From assembly GCA_965112155.1 (NCBI GenBank), contig OZ218108.1: DNA of 64,000 nt, one strand, 5' to 3'. Of the stretch, positions 12,957-25,370 are shown one piece after another (within the stretch, counting starts at the first letter, position 1; every line of letters begins with the position of its first letter). The notes beneath the pieces are model-generated. The model searched no databases. It was not told the DNA's origin and was given only the letters and a program-made list of their open reading frames with translations. Position numbers and translations under genes: made by a program. The stretch comes from Podarcis liolepis. Lineage: Eukaryota.

Positions 12957-13499
12957 AAGAGAGAAGGTATTATAATGTTCAGAAGGAAGTTGCCAGTAGC
13001 CTACTTCAACTAGACAGATACTCTGCATTTCTCCCAAAGCTGCTCTTCTCTAGGAAAAGCAGGTTTGGGGCTTCTGTTTCCTATGTATGTGTGTAGCATG
13101 TAGACCTCCCTCTAATTTACCTACCCAAAAAGGAATAAGGCTTCTGTCCTGGCAGAAATAATTACGTGAGACTAGTGAAACCACAACTGGTAGCCTTTAG
13201 GAGGTATTTGATGAGTTGTGTAGATTTTATTTATTTTTAAAACTAATTTATTATCCGCCCGTCACAAAACAAATTCCCAGGGCGGATGATATCACAATTA
13301 ACCCATAAAATAAAATGTACAGTATATGGATCAGAAATAAATTAAACAGTAATCAATAAATAATATATTGTTAAGTCAAATAAGACATTGTTATGTCAAA
13401 CAATGAACAGCTTCCGGCAAATCCTGTTAATGTACCAAAGTGATTTTTGCTTTATTGAAAAATTATCGGTGATGTCCCTGGTTCTTCCCTGTCCCGTAT

Positions 13500-13620
13500 T
13501 TCTGTCCTTATAACACCCCTGTGAGGATCGTTAGGGTGAAGTACAGTGGCTGGTCACACATTGCCCACTGATTTTCATAGTTGCTGGGGATTTTAACTTG
13601 TGTCTCCTGAATCAGATCTT
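13500..13620 (-). mobile_element. Old CORE/MIR- or Squam3-like SINE fragment
   Basis: ACACCCCTGTGAGG...GGCTGGTCACACATTGCCCACTG is a degraded reverse match to the SINE at 21340. Confidence 0.5.
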
Positions 13621-14642
13621 TAGTAGGTCATTTATTTTATTTAATTTTAACCACATCCCACCCTGCTGTACCCAGTGTGCACACATGCTTACTGTTGGAT
13701 GTAGATGAGTGCTGTGATCATCAGTCTTTGCAAACTCTTGCTTTGCATCACATCATTAAAATTAATAGCAATCAGGTGACAAATATTCCCTCCCTCCCTC
13801 CCTCCCCCCCCCCTCTCTCTCACACACACACTATTTCACACTATCTGTCTCTTAATTTGTACTTTATTCATGAACATCAGGGCCTGGAATCTTTCCTGCT
13901 TTATTGGTATTGTATACAATAAGTTATTAAATTTCATCTCTGTAATACACCTGCAGTAAAATAACAAAACATTACTGCACTTAAGGAACGTGTGTGTGTG
14001 TGTTGCAATGTTTCACCCCCCTCTTCCAAACAGCTGCTTACAGATTTCAAGATCGGTTGTATATATTCCCTAGAGCCCACCTCTAATAATCGAGACACAT
14101 CTGCCATTGCAGTGTTATAGGCATATGTGGTTTTATTGAAAGCTATACCTATCTATAAAAAAATTAAATAACTACTACCTCAATTAAATTGGCAAGCTAC
14201 CTTTTGTGAAGATCATATTGCAGACCTCTTGAGACGCAAGAGTTCATTTTACTCTTCTGTTACAAATCACTAAGTATGTTTTTTGATTAGTCAAATAAGT
14301 AGATTTCTTCTTGCTCTCGTGGCAAGTTATCTCTGCCTATTATCAAATCTCCTTCCTGCTCTCTGCACATAAAAACACATAAATGTTGTATTGAGATAGC
14401 ATTAAATCAAATAAAAGCAAGGAATTCAGAAGATAAATTCCTTTCTCTTATATCTCTTTGGTCCCTTCACTTCTCCCCTTTCCATTGTTTCGGGACAGAA
14501 TATATTTTAGGAGTGTTGGATGGTATGGTGAATGAGTAGACAGTGCAGCTGATCCAATGAGCAAGTTGGGAGTGGTAGAACATATTGCCTGTAAATGAAA
14601 ACTACCAACGCTGCATAGAAGCACTTTCTGCTCATGCATGAT

Positions 14643-14760
14643 AGGGGTGAGCATTGTGGTTGGTCAATGTAGTGCCCTCCAGATATTGCTGGGAAAAATT
14701 CCTGTCATTCGTGATTGGGCTGATGGCAGTTGGAGTCTAGCAATGTTGGCTACCCCTGGT
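14643..14760. mobile_element. Degraded hAT-type MITE
   Basis: AGGGGTG...GCCCTCCAGAT...CTACCCCTG; related to the intact copy at 59512. Confidence 0.6.
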
Positions 14761-16318
14761 CTATGAGATATTGCCTTCTATGAACCATCCTGTGTGTGCA
14801 ACTTATATGCATTTATACATTTATTTAATATATATAATATAGTCTTTTACTGAATGTTTGAAGGTGTACTCAGTAATACTATACAATTGATATGGAGTCA
14901 TATAATGCCGCCCAGATGCTTTGAGATCTTCCAGAGAAGCTGCTCAGTGTTCCATCTGGCCTCCACTTGGAACAGGGTCTTCTCAGAAGTCACCCCACCT
15001 CTCATTGGTGGTATACTCAGCCCCATATTGGCTGCTTTCTAGAAACAGATAAAAAGTAATTGCAGGAAGAGGCTGAAATTGGAGGAATTAGAGGAAGCTG
15101 CTGTCTAAAATAGGATGCTCAGGCAACCCCCTGATCCATTATAGGACACAGAGGGCCTCATCATACAGCTCCATTAAATTCCTTCTTCCCAGGCTTCTGG
15201 GACGTACAGGAATCCAAGCAAGAGCTGTAGAGACTAAGAATACATAAGCACCCCAAATTTAGATCTCTGGCTTCTGTGGGTGGCTGTTGGGGCACTCACA
15301 GATACTTGAGTCTCACCAGGTCCCCATACTTGGCCTCATTTGTGAAATGATAAGAGCTGCTTCCCTGTGGTGTGATTCCATGTCACTGAGGAGTGCATCT
15401 GAACATCCTTACAACCATGTGGGAGAAGCCCATCACATGGGTCTTCCAAGCCCAGTCAGCACCCTGGTCCTCACTCTCCCTTATGCTGCACTCCTTCAGT
15501 CAATAGAGGATATTCTAAAATCATCTCCAGTTTGGATTCCCAAGCCTACTGCAAGGATATCCTTTGTTGATGTTCTTCACCACACTACTGCGGCTCATGC
15601 CAAAGGCACATGTTTTGGCTACAGCTGTCAGTGTTAGAGTGGCATGCGTCTCCAGCAAGCCATTTGAGACCCTCCGGTGAACAATAAAAGCTCCACAGCC
15701 GCTGCACCATTTCATGGCAAGTAAACTTTACTCCCATCAAGGCTTGGGGGTGGTGCCTCACTTGTAGCACAGTCCAGATCTTCAGTTGTTTACAGTGGAT
15801 ACATGCTGTTAGGTGTTTGTTACTTGCTCAGATTGTGGTTAATTCATTCAGTCAGTAGATTCAGATTCTAAACTATGATTGCACATAAAGGCAAATATTT
15901 TCATTCATATATATAATTGATGTTGTTGATGCAAGATGCCACGAGTGCCTCAGTCTGGAGCAAAAACTGGGATGCTTTCAATAATAAATAAATAAATTGA
16001 CATGAAATTAATTTAATAATAAATAGCATTACTTATTATTTAATAATGATTAAAAATAAGTAATGTTACGTTAACCTTTGCCGTACAAAGCTTGTACACA
16101 TTTTGCATTGGTATTTTATTTTATTTTTTAGACAGTGTTGAAATGTAGGAGACTTCACTTTTTTAACAGCTCAGAACCAAAATACATAAATAGAAAAAGC
16201 AAGACACAAATTGGTCAAAGGCTGAAGCAGCTAAAGTTGTAGACTATTACTCAGAGTCCTTTTGGCCATGCTGAGTTCTGTACAGGTTCACAGGCAGAGT
16301 CCTGAGTGGAATGCTATG

Positions 16319-16369
16319 ACTGTATTGTTATTCCCATCTTTGGCACTGTATTGTTATTCCCATCTTTGG
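16319..16369. repeat. 26-bp direct tandem duplication
   Basis: ACTGTATTGTTATTCCCATCTTTGG(C) twice. Confidence 0.95.
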
Positions 16370-16627
16370 TTGTGTGAATGGTTCAGTATATAGGTGCAAA
16401 TCAAGTTGAAGTTGAACAGGCTGCATTCCTGTATAGACACGCTAGTGTGGTGTTTATTTCTCTAATTTCCTGGTAAAAAACCCCAAAGTGGTAAAATCAA
16501 TATTAATAAGTGCCCTTTCCTAGACTGTACTAGGTTTTCTTTTATTTTTTTATTTCCTGGATGCTGTTGACTCCAGATTATACACTAATTACACCGAAGT
16601 ACAGGTTTAAATTGATGCACACTGTGA

Positions 16628-16710
16628 CCCTGTATGCATTTAACTTGGAAGCAAGCCCAACTGAACTCTGTGGACCTTGTTTCTGAGTAAACATGCATAG
16701 GATCAGGGCT
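16628..16710. mobile_element. Short palindromic MITE-like repeat
   Basis: TATGCATTTAACTTGGAAGCAAG...CTTGTTTCTGAGTAAACATGCATAGG. Confidence 0.7.
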
Positions 16711-17271
16711 GTGGATCATACTGGCTTGAAGGTTAGGCATCAGACCAACACTTGCTGAATTGATTGAAATAAGTGCCGTTTTATATGCAGTATAATTATA
16801 ATTAGCTGGTGTGGGACAACTCACCTGGATGTATGTCAAAGAGGTCCTTGCCTCCTTTGTCATTGCTGCGGAAGTATAACAATGAAATTCAATGCTAAGA
16901 GGAACACGGGTATTCTGGAAAAAATGTGACCCTCTGAATCGAAAAGAAACACTACCTTAGTAATATCCTGGTCACTGAAAATAAACACAGCTGCTTCTAA
17001 TGTCCAAGAATAGCATTCCCCCCTGCTGAGCCACATTCTCCAGTTGTTCAGAAGCTTAACCTGTAATTCTCTTTGTGGCATCCTGAGTGTAGAACTTGAA
17101 ATTAAAAAGGGGGGGGGGGAGAAAAGGACAGAAATAATGGCTGCACTGAAGCCTACTAAATGGGCTTTATTGCATGTACAGCTGTGGGCTACATTGCAGC
17201 ATAAAGTTAGCGGATCTTTCCTGGTAATGTTACTGATTTATCAATTTGCATTGACTAGCATGCAGGCAAGA

Positions 17272-17434
17272 ATAGTGGTAGCTCAGTGGTAGGGCATCTT
17301 CTTTGCATGCAAAAGGTACCAGCTTCCACCTCCACAATCTCCAGGTAGAGTTGACCTAAAATCATGAAGAACTGTTGCCCGAAACTGAGCTAGACGGACC
17401 AATGGCTCAGCATAAGGCAACTTTCTATTTTCCT
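17272..17434 (+). mobile_element. tRNA-derived SINE with CR1-type tail (Squam2-like)
   Basis: GTAGCTCAGTGGTAGGGCATC...TTTGCATGC head; CTGAGCTAGACGGACCAATGG...TTCTATTTTCCT tail. Confidence 0.8.
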
Positions 17435-17508
17435 TTGTCCCTAAACCCAAGCCTCAATGCTGCAGTAGTAAGCAGACACAACATGGAATAAGCTCTCTTA
17501 ACAGGAGT

Positions 17509-17853
17509 GGCGATGTGGGTTAAACCACAGAGCCTAGGACTTGCTGATCAGAAGGTTGGCGGTTCGAATCCCCGCGATGGGGTGAGCTCCCGTTGCTCGG
17601 TCCCTGCTCCTGCCAACCTAGCAGTTCGAAAGCACATCAAAGTGCAAGTAGATAAATAGGTACCACTCCGGTGGGAAGGTAAACGGCATTTCCGTGTGCT
17701 GCTCTGGTTCGCCAGAAGCGGCTTAGTCATGCTGGCCACATGACCCGGAAACTGTACGCCGGCTCCCTCGGCCAATAAAGCGAGATGAGTGCCGCAATCT
17801 CAGAGTCGGCCACAACTGGACCTAATGGTCAGGGGTCCCTTTACCCTTTACCT
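17509..17853 (+). mobile_element. Sauria SINE, ~10 bp 5'-truncated
   Basis: Highly similar to the 12617 copy; (ACCTTT)n tail; 11-bp TSD TTAACAGGAGT (17498-17508 / 17854-17864). Confidence 0.95.
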
Positions 17854-17954
17854 TTAACAGGAGTATATGCACGTATAGCATCCCATTAGAGAGGCAGATA
17901 AGGTTCAAGGGAGCCAGCATGTTGCATCTAGAAAGTGTAATTTCTTCAAATGAG

Positions 17955-18256
17955 AGTGCTATCCAGTGTTATCTCTTCTGCTGATGGAAGGCATCAGTCA
18001 GCAGAAAGGGGAGGGAGGCAGTTTTCAGAGATGCACCCTTCGCACTGCAGTCTCCCATCCCTCTCTAAGGTAGAGGATAAAAAGGCTTTTGGAGAAGGTA
18101 TCCCCCTCTTATTCCCTCTCCTTAAATCTTCTCCATATGTTTGGGAGACCCTGCTAAATAGATTCAAGCGGTGCATTGGGAGAGGAGGAATACCAAATGC
18201 TGTTTCTGTCTGCTGGATATCTTCCATCAACGGAGAGAGCAGCATTGGATACCACC
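17955..18256. mobile_element. Non-autonomous inverted-repeat element (MITE)
   Basis: Left end GTGCTATCCAGTGTTATCTCTTCTGCTGATGGAAG pairs imperfectly with right end CTTCCATCAACGGAGAGAGCAGCATTGGATACCAC. Confidence 0.75.
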
Positions 18257-18319
18257 TAAAACCATTGCCTTTGACCTCTACAGAATCAGTAAACAAAATA
18301 TCCAGTTGAGTGTCTTTTG

Positions 18320-18742
18320 TAGCTGGTTGACTGACTGAACCCAAAGAGTGCTCACTAATGGTTCCTCATCATGCTGGGGAAAAGCGACAACTGGGGTGCC
18401 ACAGTGTTCTGTCCTAGGCCTGTTGTTCAATGTCTTTATAAACAACTTGGATGAGGGGATTTTGAAGGATGCTCATCTAATTTGCAGATGACACCAAACT
18501 GTGGTAGGACTTGGAGGGTAGGACCCTAACCAATAGCTTCAAGTACCAAGAAAGAAGATTCCAACTGAACATCAGGAGAAAGCTTTCTGATGGGAAGAGC
18601 TGTTCAACAGTGGAACAGTCTCCCTTGGAAGGGGATGGTCTCTCCTTCCTTGAAGGTTTTAAAGCAGAGGTTGGATGACCACCTGTCATGGATATTTTAG
18701 TTGAGATTCCTGCATTGCAAGGGGTTGGACTAGATGACCCTG
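18320..18742 (+). mobile_element. CR1 LINE remnant: RT core joined to the 3' end by an internal deletion
   Basis: GGGGTGCCACAG (GVPQ), TTGTTCAATGTCTTTATAAAC (LFNVFIN) and TTTGCAGATGACACCAAACTG (FADDTKL), followed directly by the CR1 ORF2 C-terminus and 3' UTR; frameshifted. Confidence 0.9.
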
Positions 18743-21062
18743 GGCAAAATATTTTCTTTTTTTGGGGGGTGGAGTTATAGGTTGCTGTTATTGTTAATAT
18801 TGAGTCCCTCAGTGCTTTTAAAGAGGCGGAGGAGAAATGTCAATGTGGATTCATCATGGCAACAGTGGAAAGCTTCAGGTCTCAGATGCCTTCCTCCCTT
18901 TAGCTTATACTTTTTCCCTTATCTCCTAATAGCTCTGAGCTCTTGGTATTTAATAATAATAGTAAATAATAACAAAGAGAGAAGGGTACATTATTGTTCT
19001 TTTCAGCTTATGATGAAGTGTCTGTCTACCAGACACAGGATTCGTCTTGGTATGTTTAGTAGCAGTGGAGAAGTTAATATTTTTATTTTGTTTTGAAGTT
19101 AATGATGGAATGTAACCATCTGTCTGCATTTTTATTGGAGATTTTTTATATAAAAAAACTGTTTTCTTTCTGTAATAAAAGAAGTAGCTTGGCTCTGGAA
19201 GGGTTTGCATTTTGATATAATAGGAAAGCTGATCTTATCAAATACAGAGGCTGAGGTTGAAATGCGGATAGCTCCATCTATTTGCTTTTCAAATCCATCT
19301 AGGGGAGAATAGTCCAGATAATGTCTAATAAAATGAATGTATCTCTTCAATATAATACATGTGGGCATTTTTGCTTCTTTTTTTAAAAAAAGAAGCATAC
19401 TACTGGAACATATGGGGTTGGATTTACAACCCATGCATTAACTAACCCAACACAATGGCAAAAACTTAAATCCAAGGTGTTGTTAGCATAACTGTACCAA
19501 GGTGACCAATTTTTCTCTGCAAAAGAGATTTAAAAAACAAGCCCATAAATTTTCTTTTAATGGACTTAAATCTTAGTAGTGACAGATAATAACCTTAGAT
19601 ACTATAAGTGATTTTGCAGATAATTCTTCAGTGAGATTATTATCCACATAAGCAGTATGACACTCTTGCACCCATTTGCCTCCTCTCGCCCACTGCTTCT
19701 GGCTGCTTGCCCTCCCTGCTTTCTGTCCATCCTGCTCTTCCTCTTTCAGGCAAGAACCCTCTGAAAGTCAGGAGGAGGGGAAGTGCCACTTCCTCAGTTC
19801 TGAAATGTTGTTCACCATCTGGGAAGAGCACGGGTTATGTTAGATTCAAAGCACTGGGGCAGAAACTTATAATGGCCCTTTTAACAGTGGTGGTGGTGGT
19901 GAGAACAGAAAGGCCAGTTTTCATTAACTACACATTAAATATATATGTTTTATTGGATTTATCCTGTAGATATTTCCACAAAGTGGGGGTTTCAGAGTGG
20001 ATTGCATTATAGCAATCAATCTATGTTCAACTCTTTCCTGGTACATGTTGGCTGGTACATGCATGATGATCCTGTGCTCATTCATACATTCCTGTCCACT
20101 TAAATGTAGAGGCCAGTTCTACGTCTTCCATTGTGAGATTTCTTCCCAATATAAATAACAGCTTCACAACCACAGGAGGGGGGGAAGGGTTAAATACCCC
20201 TCCCTGCCTGCTGCAATCACACTAATTGTCATCTGCCTAGCTGGTATTGCTGTTTGCATTAAAGGCAATGACAATAACAACTTTTCATTAAGTGCAATGT
20301 CTAGTTCGGTGTTCTGACTCCCACATTTAAGCATTTTGAGATGGGCAGGTTGGGGTGTGTGTGGAGTCAGCAGCTCCCTTTTTATATCAGCAAAAATACT
20401 TGAATATGTATTATGGATACTTAGTTGAAAGAATGTTGATATGATGAAATTTCCTCAATATATCACCTGTATTGAGATACTGTCATATTTATTTTAATTG
20501 GCTCATTAATCAGTTAATAGCAAAACAGTTAATCAATTAAAAACACCTCTAATAACCCACAGCCCTAAATATTACGAACTAAAAGGGCCAGCAATTAATT
20601 GTACTTTACATTTGCAAATAATCCTACATGTCAGCGACGGCATTAAGAGTTTTTAAATAGTTTGTGCAAGTGGTACTCTGGGAGAAAAGTGTTGCAGCGT
20701 TGGTTGTTTCTGTTGAGGGTTCAGACCCCTTCATTCCACCCTCCTATGCCAGCTTTCCCCTTTTTCTCCAGCGGTCATTCCTAGTTCCGTGCCTGTTGTC
20801 ATGTGGTTGTGGTTGTGCCCAGCACCATTTACATTGAAATTTTTGATTTCTCCATTGATTTCTATGGGTAGTTTTCACTTTCATCTTTGGATGCATTTTA
20901 AAATAGATTTTCAGTATTCACCAGGAATTCTTCTATTCAGGCAACATAATGGTTTTTTCTATACTTTATATATCTATGTGTCTCATCCACAATGTGGTTT
21001 CCAGCAGCGTTGGGGCGGTGGGAGATAGCTGCCCATCTTTTGTCGAAGTAGTAGATAAGAAG

Positions 21063-21142
21063 TTAAGAAGAGCCTGCTCAGACAGGCCAGTGGCCCACCT
21101 AGTACTGAACCCTGTTCTCATCGTTACCAACCAACTGCCCTA
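21063..21142 (-). mobile_element. Short CR1 3' tail fragment
   Basis: TAAGAAGAGCCTGCT...AGGCCAGTGGCCCACCTAGT...CCTGTTCTCA. Confidence 0.65.
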
Positions 21143-21339
21143 ATGAGCAGAGGCATTGAGTGAGAAGTATTAAGGTCTTAGCTAGGTGCAATTGACCTCG
21201 TGCATCTTGCAAAGTTTGTAGAGATATTGGTATTTCAATAGCATGCATGTACAAAGCCACTTCAGTAGTTTCGAATTACTTTTCTAATGTCAGATCACAA
21301 AGCAATCACATGAAGTAGTGATTGTTAGAAGGAAAGTGA

Positions 21340-21578
21340 GAGAGCCTGTGTGGTGTAGTGGTTAAGAGCGGTAATCTGGTGAACCAGGTTTGCGTCCCCG
21401 CTCCTCCACATGCAGCTGCTGGGTGACCTTGGGCTAGTCACACTTCTTTGAAGTCTCTCAGCCCCACTCACCTCACAGAGTGTTTGTTGTGGGGAAGGAA
21501 GGGAAAAGAGAATGTTAGCTGCTTTGAGACTCCTTCGGGTAGTGATAAAGCGGGATATCAAATCCAAACTCTTCATCA
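21340..21578 (+). mobile_element. Squam3-like tRNA-derived SINE
   Basis: GAGAGCCTGTGTGGTGTAGTGGTTAAGAGC head; GCTTTGAGACTCCTTCGGGTAGTGATAAAGCGGGATATCAAATCCAAACTCTTC tail; near-identical to 63497. Confidence 0.88.
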
Positions 21579-22479
21579 TACCTCAAGAACTATATCTGAA
21601 GGTGGACCCTTTTGGAAACCCCACAGGATATTCGTAACTAATTTTCATCTGGGAAGCACATGAATAGAATCAGGTTCCATAGGGCACATGGTGCAAAGAG
21701 GGGCCCAGTTGACCAACACCAGGCTGTACCTGGGATCCAGATGATTAATTATATGTCTCTTCAAGGATAGGATTCAGTATTTGCATATCCAGAATGAAGT
21801 TATCAGCATTTACACCTGAGCAGAGGCTTTTCAAACTGGCAAGGGGAAACAAAATTGAGGTCTCTTCACAATGAAGCTAGTGAGATTCCGAGAATGGCAA
21901 AGATTCAATTGGCATCAATATAAGAGTGGAATATGCAGCAGGAGAACTGAACTACCAGAATGGAGACTGTGTCCCCCTGGTGTTCAAACATATCATGCAG
22001 AAAGCTTCAGAAATCTGGTTCTAGATCATCGTGCAAGCAGAGAAAACTGCTAAGTGTGCACCATACCCATTGTCAGTTATCTGGAAGCAAACCACACAGA
22101 TGTTCTTGCAACAAACAAGTCTTTATTCTAGTCCCTGTGCCTCAGATTTATTCAGCTAATTGGGGACCATAGAATGTGTGGTAGTGGGCACATTTTGGAC
22201 AACGTGGCCCTAGTCAACTACAGGAGTTATTGGATGTTGTCACCAAGGTCTTCTATTCTGGTCCACTCATATAACAACATACTCCAGCTAACAACGACAA
22301 CACTGAGCAGAAAGACACAAATGATGTAAGTTTCTCTGAGGAGGGTCTTGGACACCAATTGTTTTTAAGTGTCGGGATTCAAAAAACAGAATGTGTAACA
22401 GTGAGGGGGGATGTCTTTTTCTTCCATTTAAAAGCTGTCTCCAGGGATGTTATGGGAAGGATGGTAGGTAACGAGCAAT

Positions 22480-22642
22480 AGGTGAATGTTAAGAGTGCAT
22501 GTTTTTCATGCAGATTGTCGCAGATTCAATCCCCAACATATCCAGGTAGGGCAGGCAAAGTCCATGCTTGAAACACGAGGTACTACTTCAGGGTTAGTGG
22601 AGTCTGTAACCCGAAGTATTTGTAACCCGAGGTATCGCTGTA
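22480..22642 (+). mobile_element. Truncated Squam2-like SINE fused to the end of a Tc1/mariner (Tigger-like) MITE
   Basis: SINE body ...CCAGGTAGGGC...GCTTGAAAC, then GTAACCCGA repeats ending CGAGGTATCGCTG|TA. Confidence 0.65.
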
Positions 22643-23087
22643 TTCAGAAGCATTTAAGAAGAAAATAATATCACTACTAAAGAAGTTGCACACACTGGTC
22701 CCAGATGTTCCGACCAAAGGTCCAAAGTTGAACAGAAAATAATCAGCCATTTTTGCCACAGAGCCTTTTAAATCTCCATGCAACACCAGACTCATTTTCT
22801 GCAGTAGCTGTTAGAAGACAGATCAGTAGGGAAGGTATAAGGAACAAATCAGGATCCTTTTTCCATGGCATTTTGATCATCATTCTTTATGCAAAGGAAA
22901 TTCCTTTGATATATAATATCCCTGTAACATGGGATATTTATTTCTCCCTCAACCTAGGAATGGGATAAAGCATTGATTAGTGAAAATTGGTTACTTCACA
23001 GTTGCAGTGGGTCTTTGAAGTAGCAGATTTGCATCTTAGCCTCAGGGATGGGATGAACGATAAGTCTAAATAAATAAATAGCTAGCA

Positions 23088-23176
23088 GCACAATATTGTA
23101 CATGTTTACTCAGAAGCAAGTCTCGCTGAATTCAGTAGAGCTTACTTCCAGGTAAATGGCAGTCGGAATACAGGCT
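23088..23176. mobile_element. Short palindromic MITE-like repeat
   Basis: TTTACTCAGAAGCAAGTCT...CTGAATTCAG...GCTTACTTCCAGGTAAA. Confidence 0.7.
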
Positions 23177-23697
23177 AAATGGTCTCTTTATAGCAGCATC
23201 TTGAACAACAGCAAAAAAATAAAATAAAATAAACTACAGTGAAAAGAAAGAACTTATAAGGCAGTATAGATTTCATATCTACAAGCAGCTGTGAAACCAT
23301 CCTTCCTTACCTTTCATTTCTGTAAAGCTAACTATGCCCTCATTTTTATTTAAAACACACACATATTTTTCTTCTTCTCACTTTCTGTATGCATTTATAT
23401 ATAGGAAGCTGCTGGCTCAGCTAGAGACGCCACCTGGTTATCTTGATGCACCCAGGTAACAAAACATTGTGTGTATCTCACTGGCAGAATCTGCACCTGC
23501 TAGGTGTGTGATGCACTTAAATCTACAGCATGCACAACTCTGGGAGATCTGTCAATAAAATCTTTTTTCCCCTTCAGCTTTCATTTAAAAGCGCACAGAC
23601 TCCTTTCTAAATATTATATTTTCCTCTAGTGCCTATAATAATTACAAGGTCATTCACAGGAATGTTTCGTGCATACTTTAGTTAAAATAAACTTTTG

Positions 23698-23790
23698 AGG
23701 ATGCAATCCTTTGCAGACTTAATGCAAGAGTAAGGGCCAATGAATTCAGTGGCACTTGCTTTCAGGTAGCCATGCGTAGTATGACACTCT
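23698..23790. mobile_element. Short palindromic MITE-like repeat
   Basis: GCAATCCT...GAGTAAGGGCCAATGAATTCAGTGGCACTTGCTTTC. Confidence 0.6.
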
Positions 23791-24129
23791 AAGTTGCCAT
23801 TTATTTTACTTTATTTCTGCCAACCTATCAAGATGATTACATGAGCAAGTTTTTTTCCTCAAGCTTGACCTTAATTCATATATAAAAAAATCTTGTTGGT
23901 TTCATCCGGTGAGAACTTTTTAACTGCAGGTGGCTAGAAAACATTTGTCCTTTCTTTTTAACCGGATTGGTGTACATACTGATATTCTGTTAGTAATTTG
24001 TAAATTTGTTATGCTTGATACACTGTTGCAATGCATGATATAGCTTGATGTGCAGTTCCAATTCAGGATAGCTTTTGTAGCACTGTCATATTAATGAAAT
24101 TCACTTCCATCATTTGCCATGAAGCTACC

Positions 24130-25370
24130 AACAAACGTATTTCTGTCCCCCATCCTTGGTCCATCCCTGATATCTCTTGGGTCAAAGGCTACACCAAAGC
24201 TGCACCCTATGATTGTCATGGAGGCCATTAAGTCTTGACCCAGCCCAGTGGCAGCCTCTGCATTGATATTGAACTCACCGAGGACTATCAACCTGGGGTC
24301 CCCCAGCAATATCTCAGGACTTACGTTGGCCAGCCCAATCTAAGATGCGGCTGAGCAACAGGCTAGTCAGTAGACCAGCAGCATCCCCAATTTGTCTCCC
24401 TAGCTCAACACCAGGTACAGACCCTCTAGCCCCATTCCAAGATCAATAGGTTTTCTGGTAAATAAGATGTTGCTTTTATGGACAATAGCAACACCCACCT
24501 CCCCAGCCTGGTACCGTACTAAGCACCCAGATCAGTACAGCTCACTCATCCAAGTTTCAGTAATGCAAGCCATATCAGCCCCTTTCATCCACAAGTCATG
24601 GATGAGCATGGTCTTATCATGGACTAATTTGGCATTCAATAATAGTACCACCAAACCAGAGGACTCAGGGGATAAGCTACCAGTACCTTCTCGAGGAGTG
24701 GGAAGGCTGTAACAAAGAACAGAGACCAAATATCTATGTCTCTACCCCGAATGGTAGTCAGCCCTTCCACTCTGACTATATCCTCCCTTGCCCATCACCA
24801 CTGAAACTGGGGCAGCATCTTTGCAACCCCCTGCTTCCTTCCCACTCAGACACATTTTAGGACCTCCATCCAATATCACATTATACAACTGGGAGATTAG
24901 GACCACAGATAGTAAACTAAGACCTAGTAGCATGTGAATCCCACATTGTGAGGAGGAAGATGGTGAGTCCTCACGCTGTCTCTGACTCTAAGGGAACCCT
25001 GTCAAGCCAAACTTCCCCCTTCTACCATCCCAGGTAAGGGTAACAGGCCTTTCTCCCACAGTTCCTAGCCTACAATTCCATATCCTGACTGGCAGTGATG
25101 GATGACCCACAATAAAAACCCTGTTTGCTTTGGGGATGACCCCACTGCCTGTAGCAGAACCTGTTCTTACAGCAAGGGAGGTTCTGGACCATGCTCACAC
25201 CCCAGCTCAGCTAGCAGTCAGGCTACCAAACACTGCAATCAGCACACTTTCTTACCTGCAAGCAGATATCTCACTGAATGAGCAGGCAAAAAACAAACAC
25301 CCCTGATGGCTGGGAGAGCAGACCAACCCGCTCCTCCCTGCTTAGCTCTCTGTAGGTCTAACCCAAGGCC
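24130..25370 (-). mobile_element. LINE (L2/CR1 clade) 5' portion with decayed APE endonuclease
   Basis: Minus-strand peptides LVVLLLNAKLVHDK...ADMACITETW (24532-24729) and PRLIVLGEFNIN (24091-24309) are APE motifs; stops and frameshifts; no adjacent RT. Boundary above ~24950 is uncertain. Confidence 0.8.

Noticed and set aside
24091-24729. Domesticated endonuclease gene
   Set aside because: Broken by stops and frameshifts; decayed LINE
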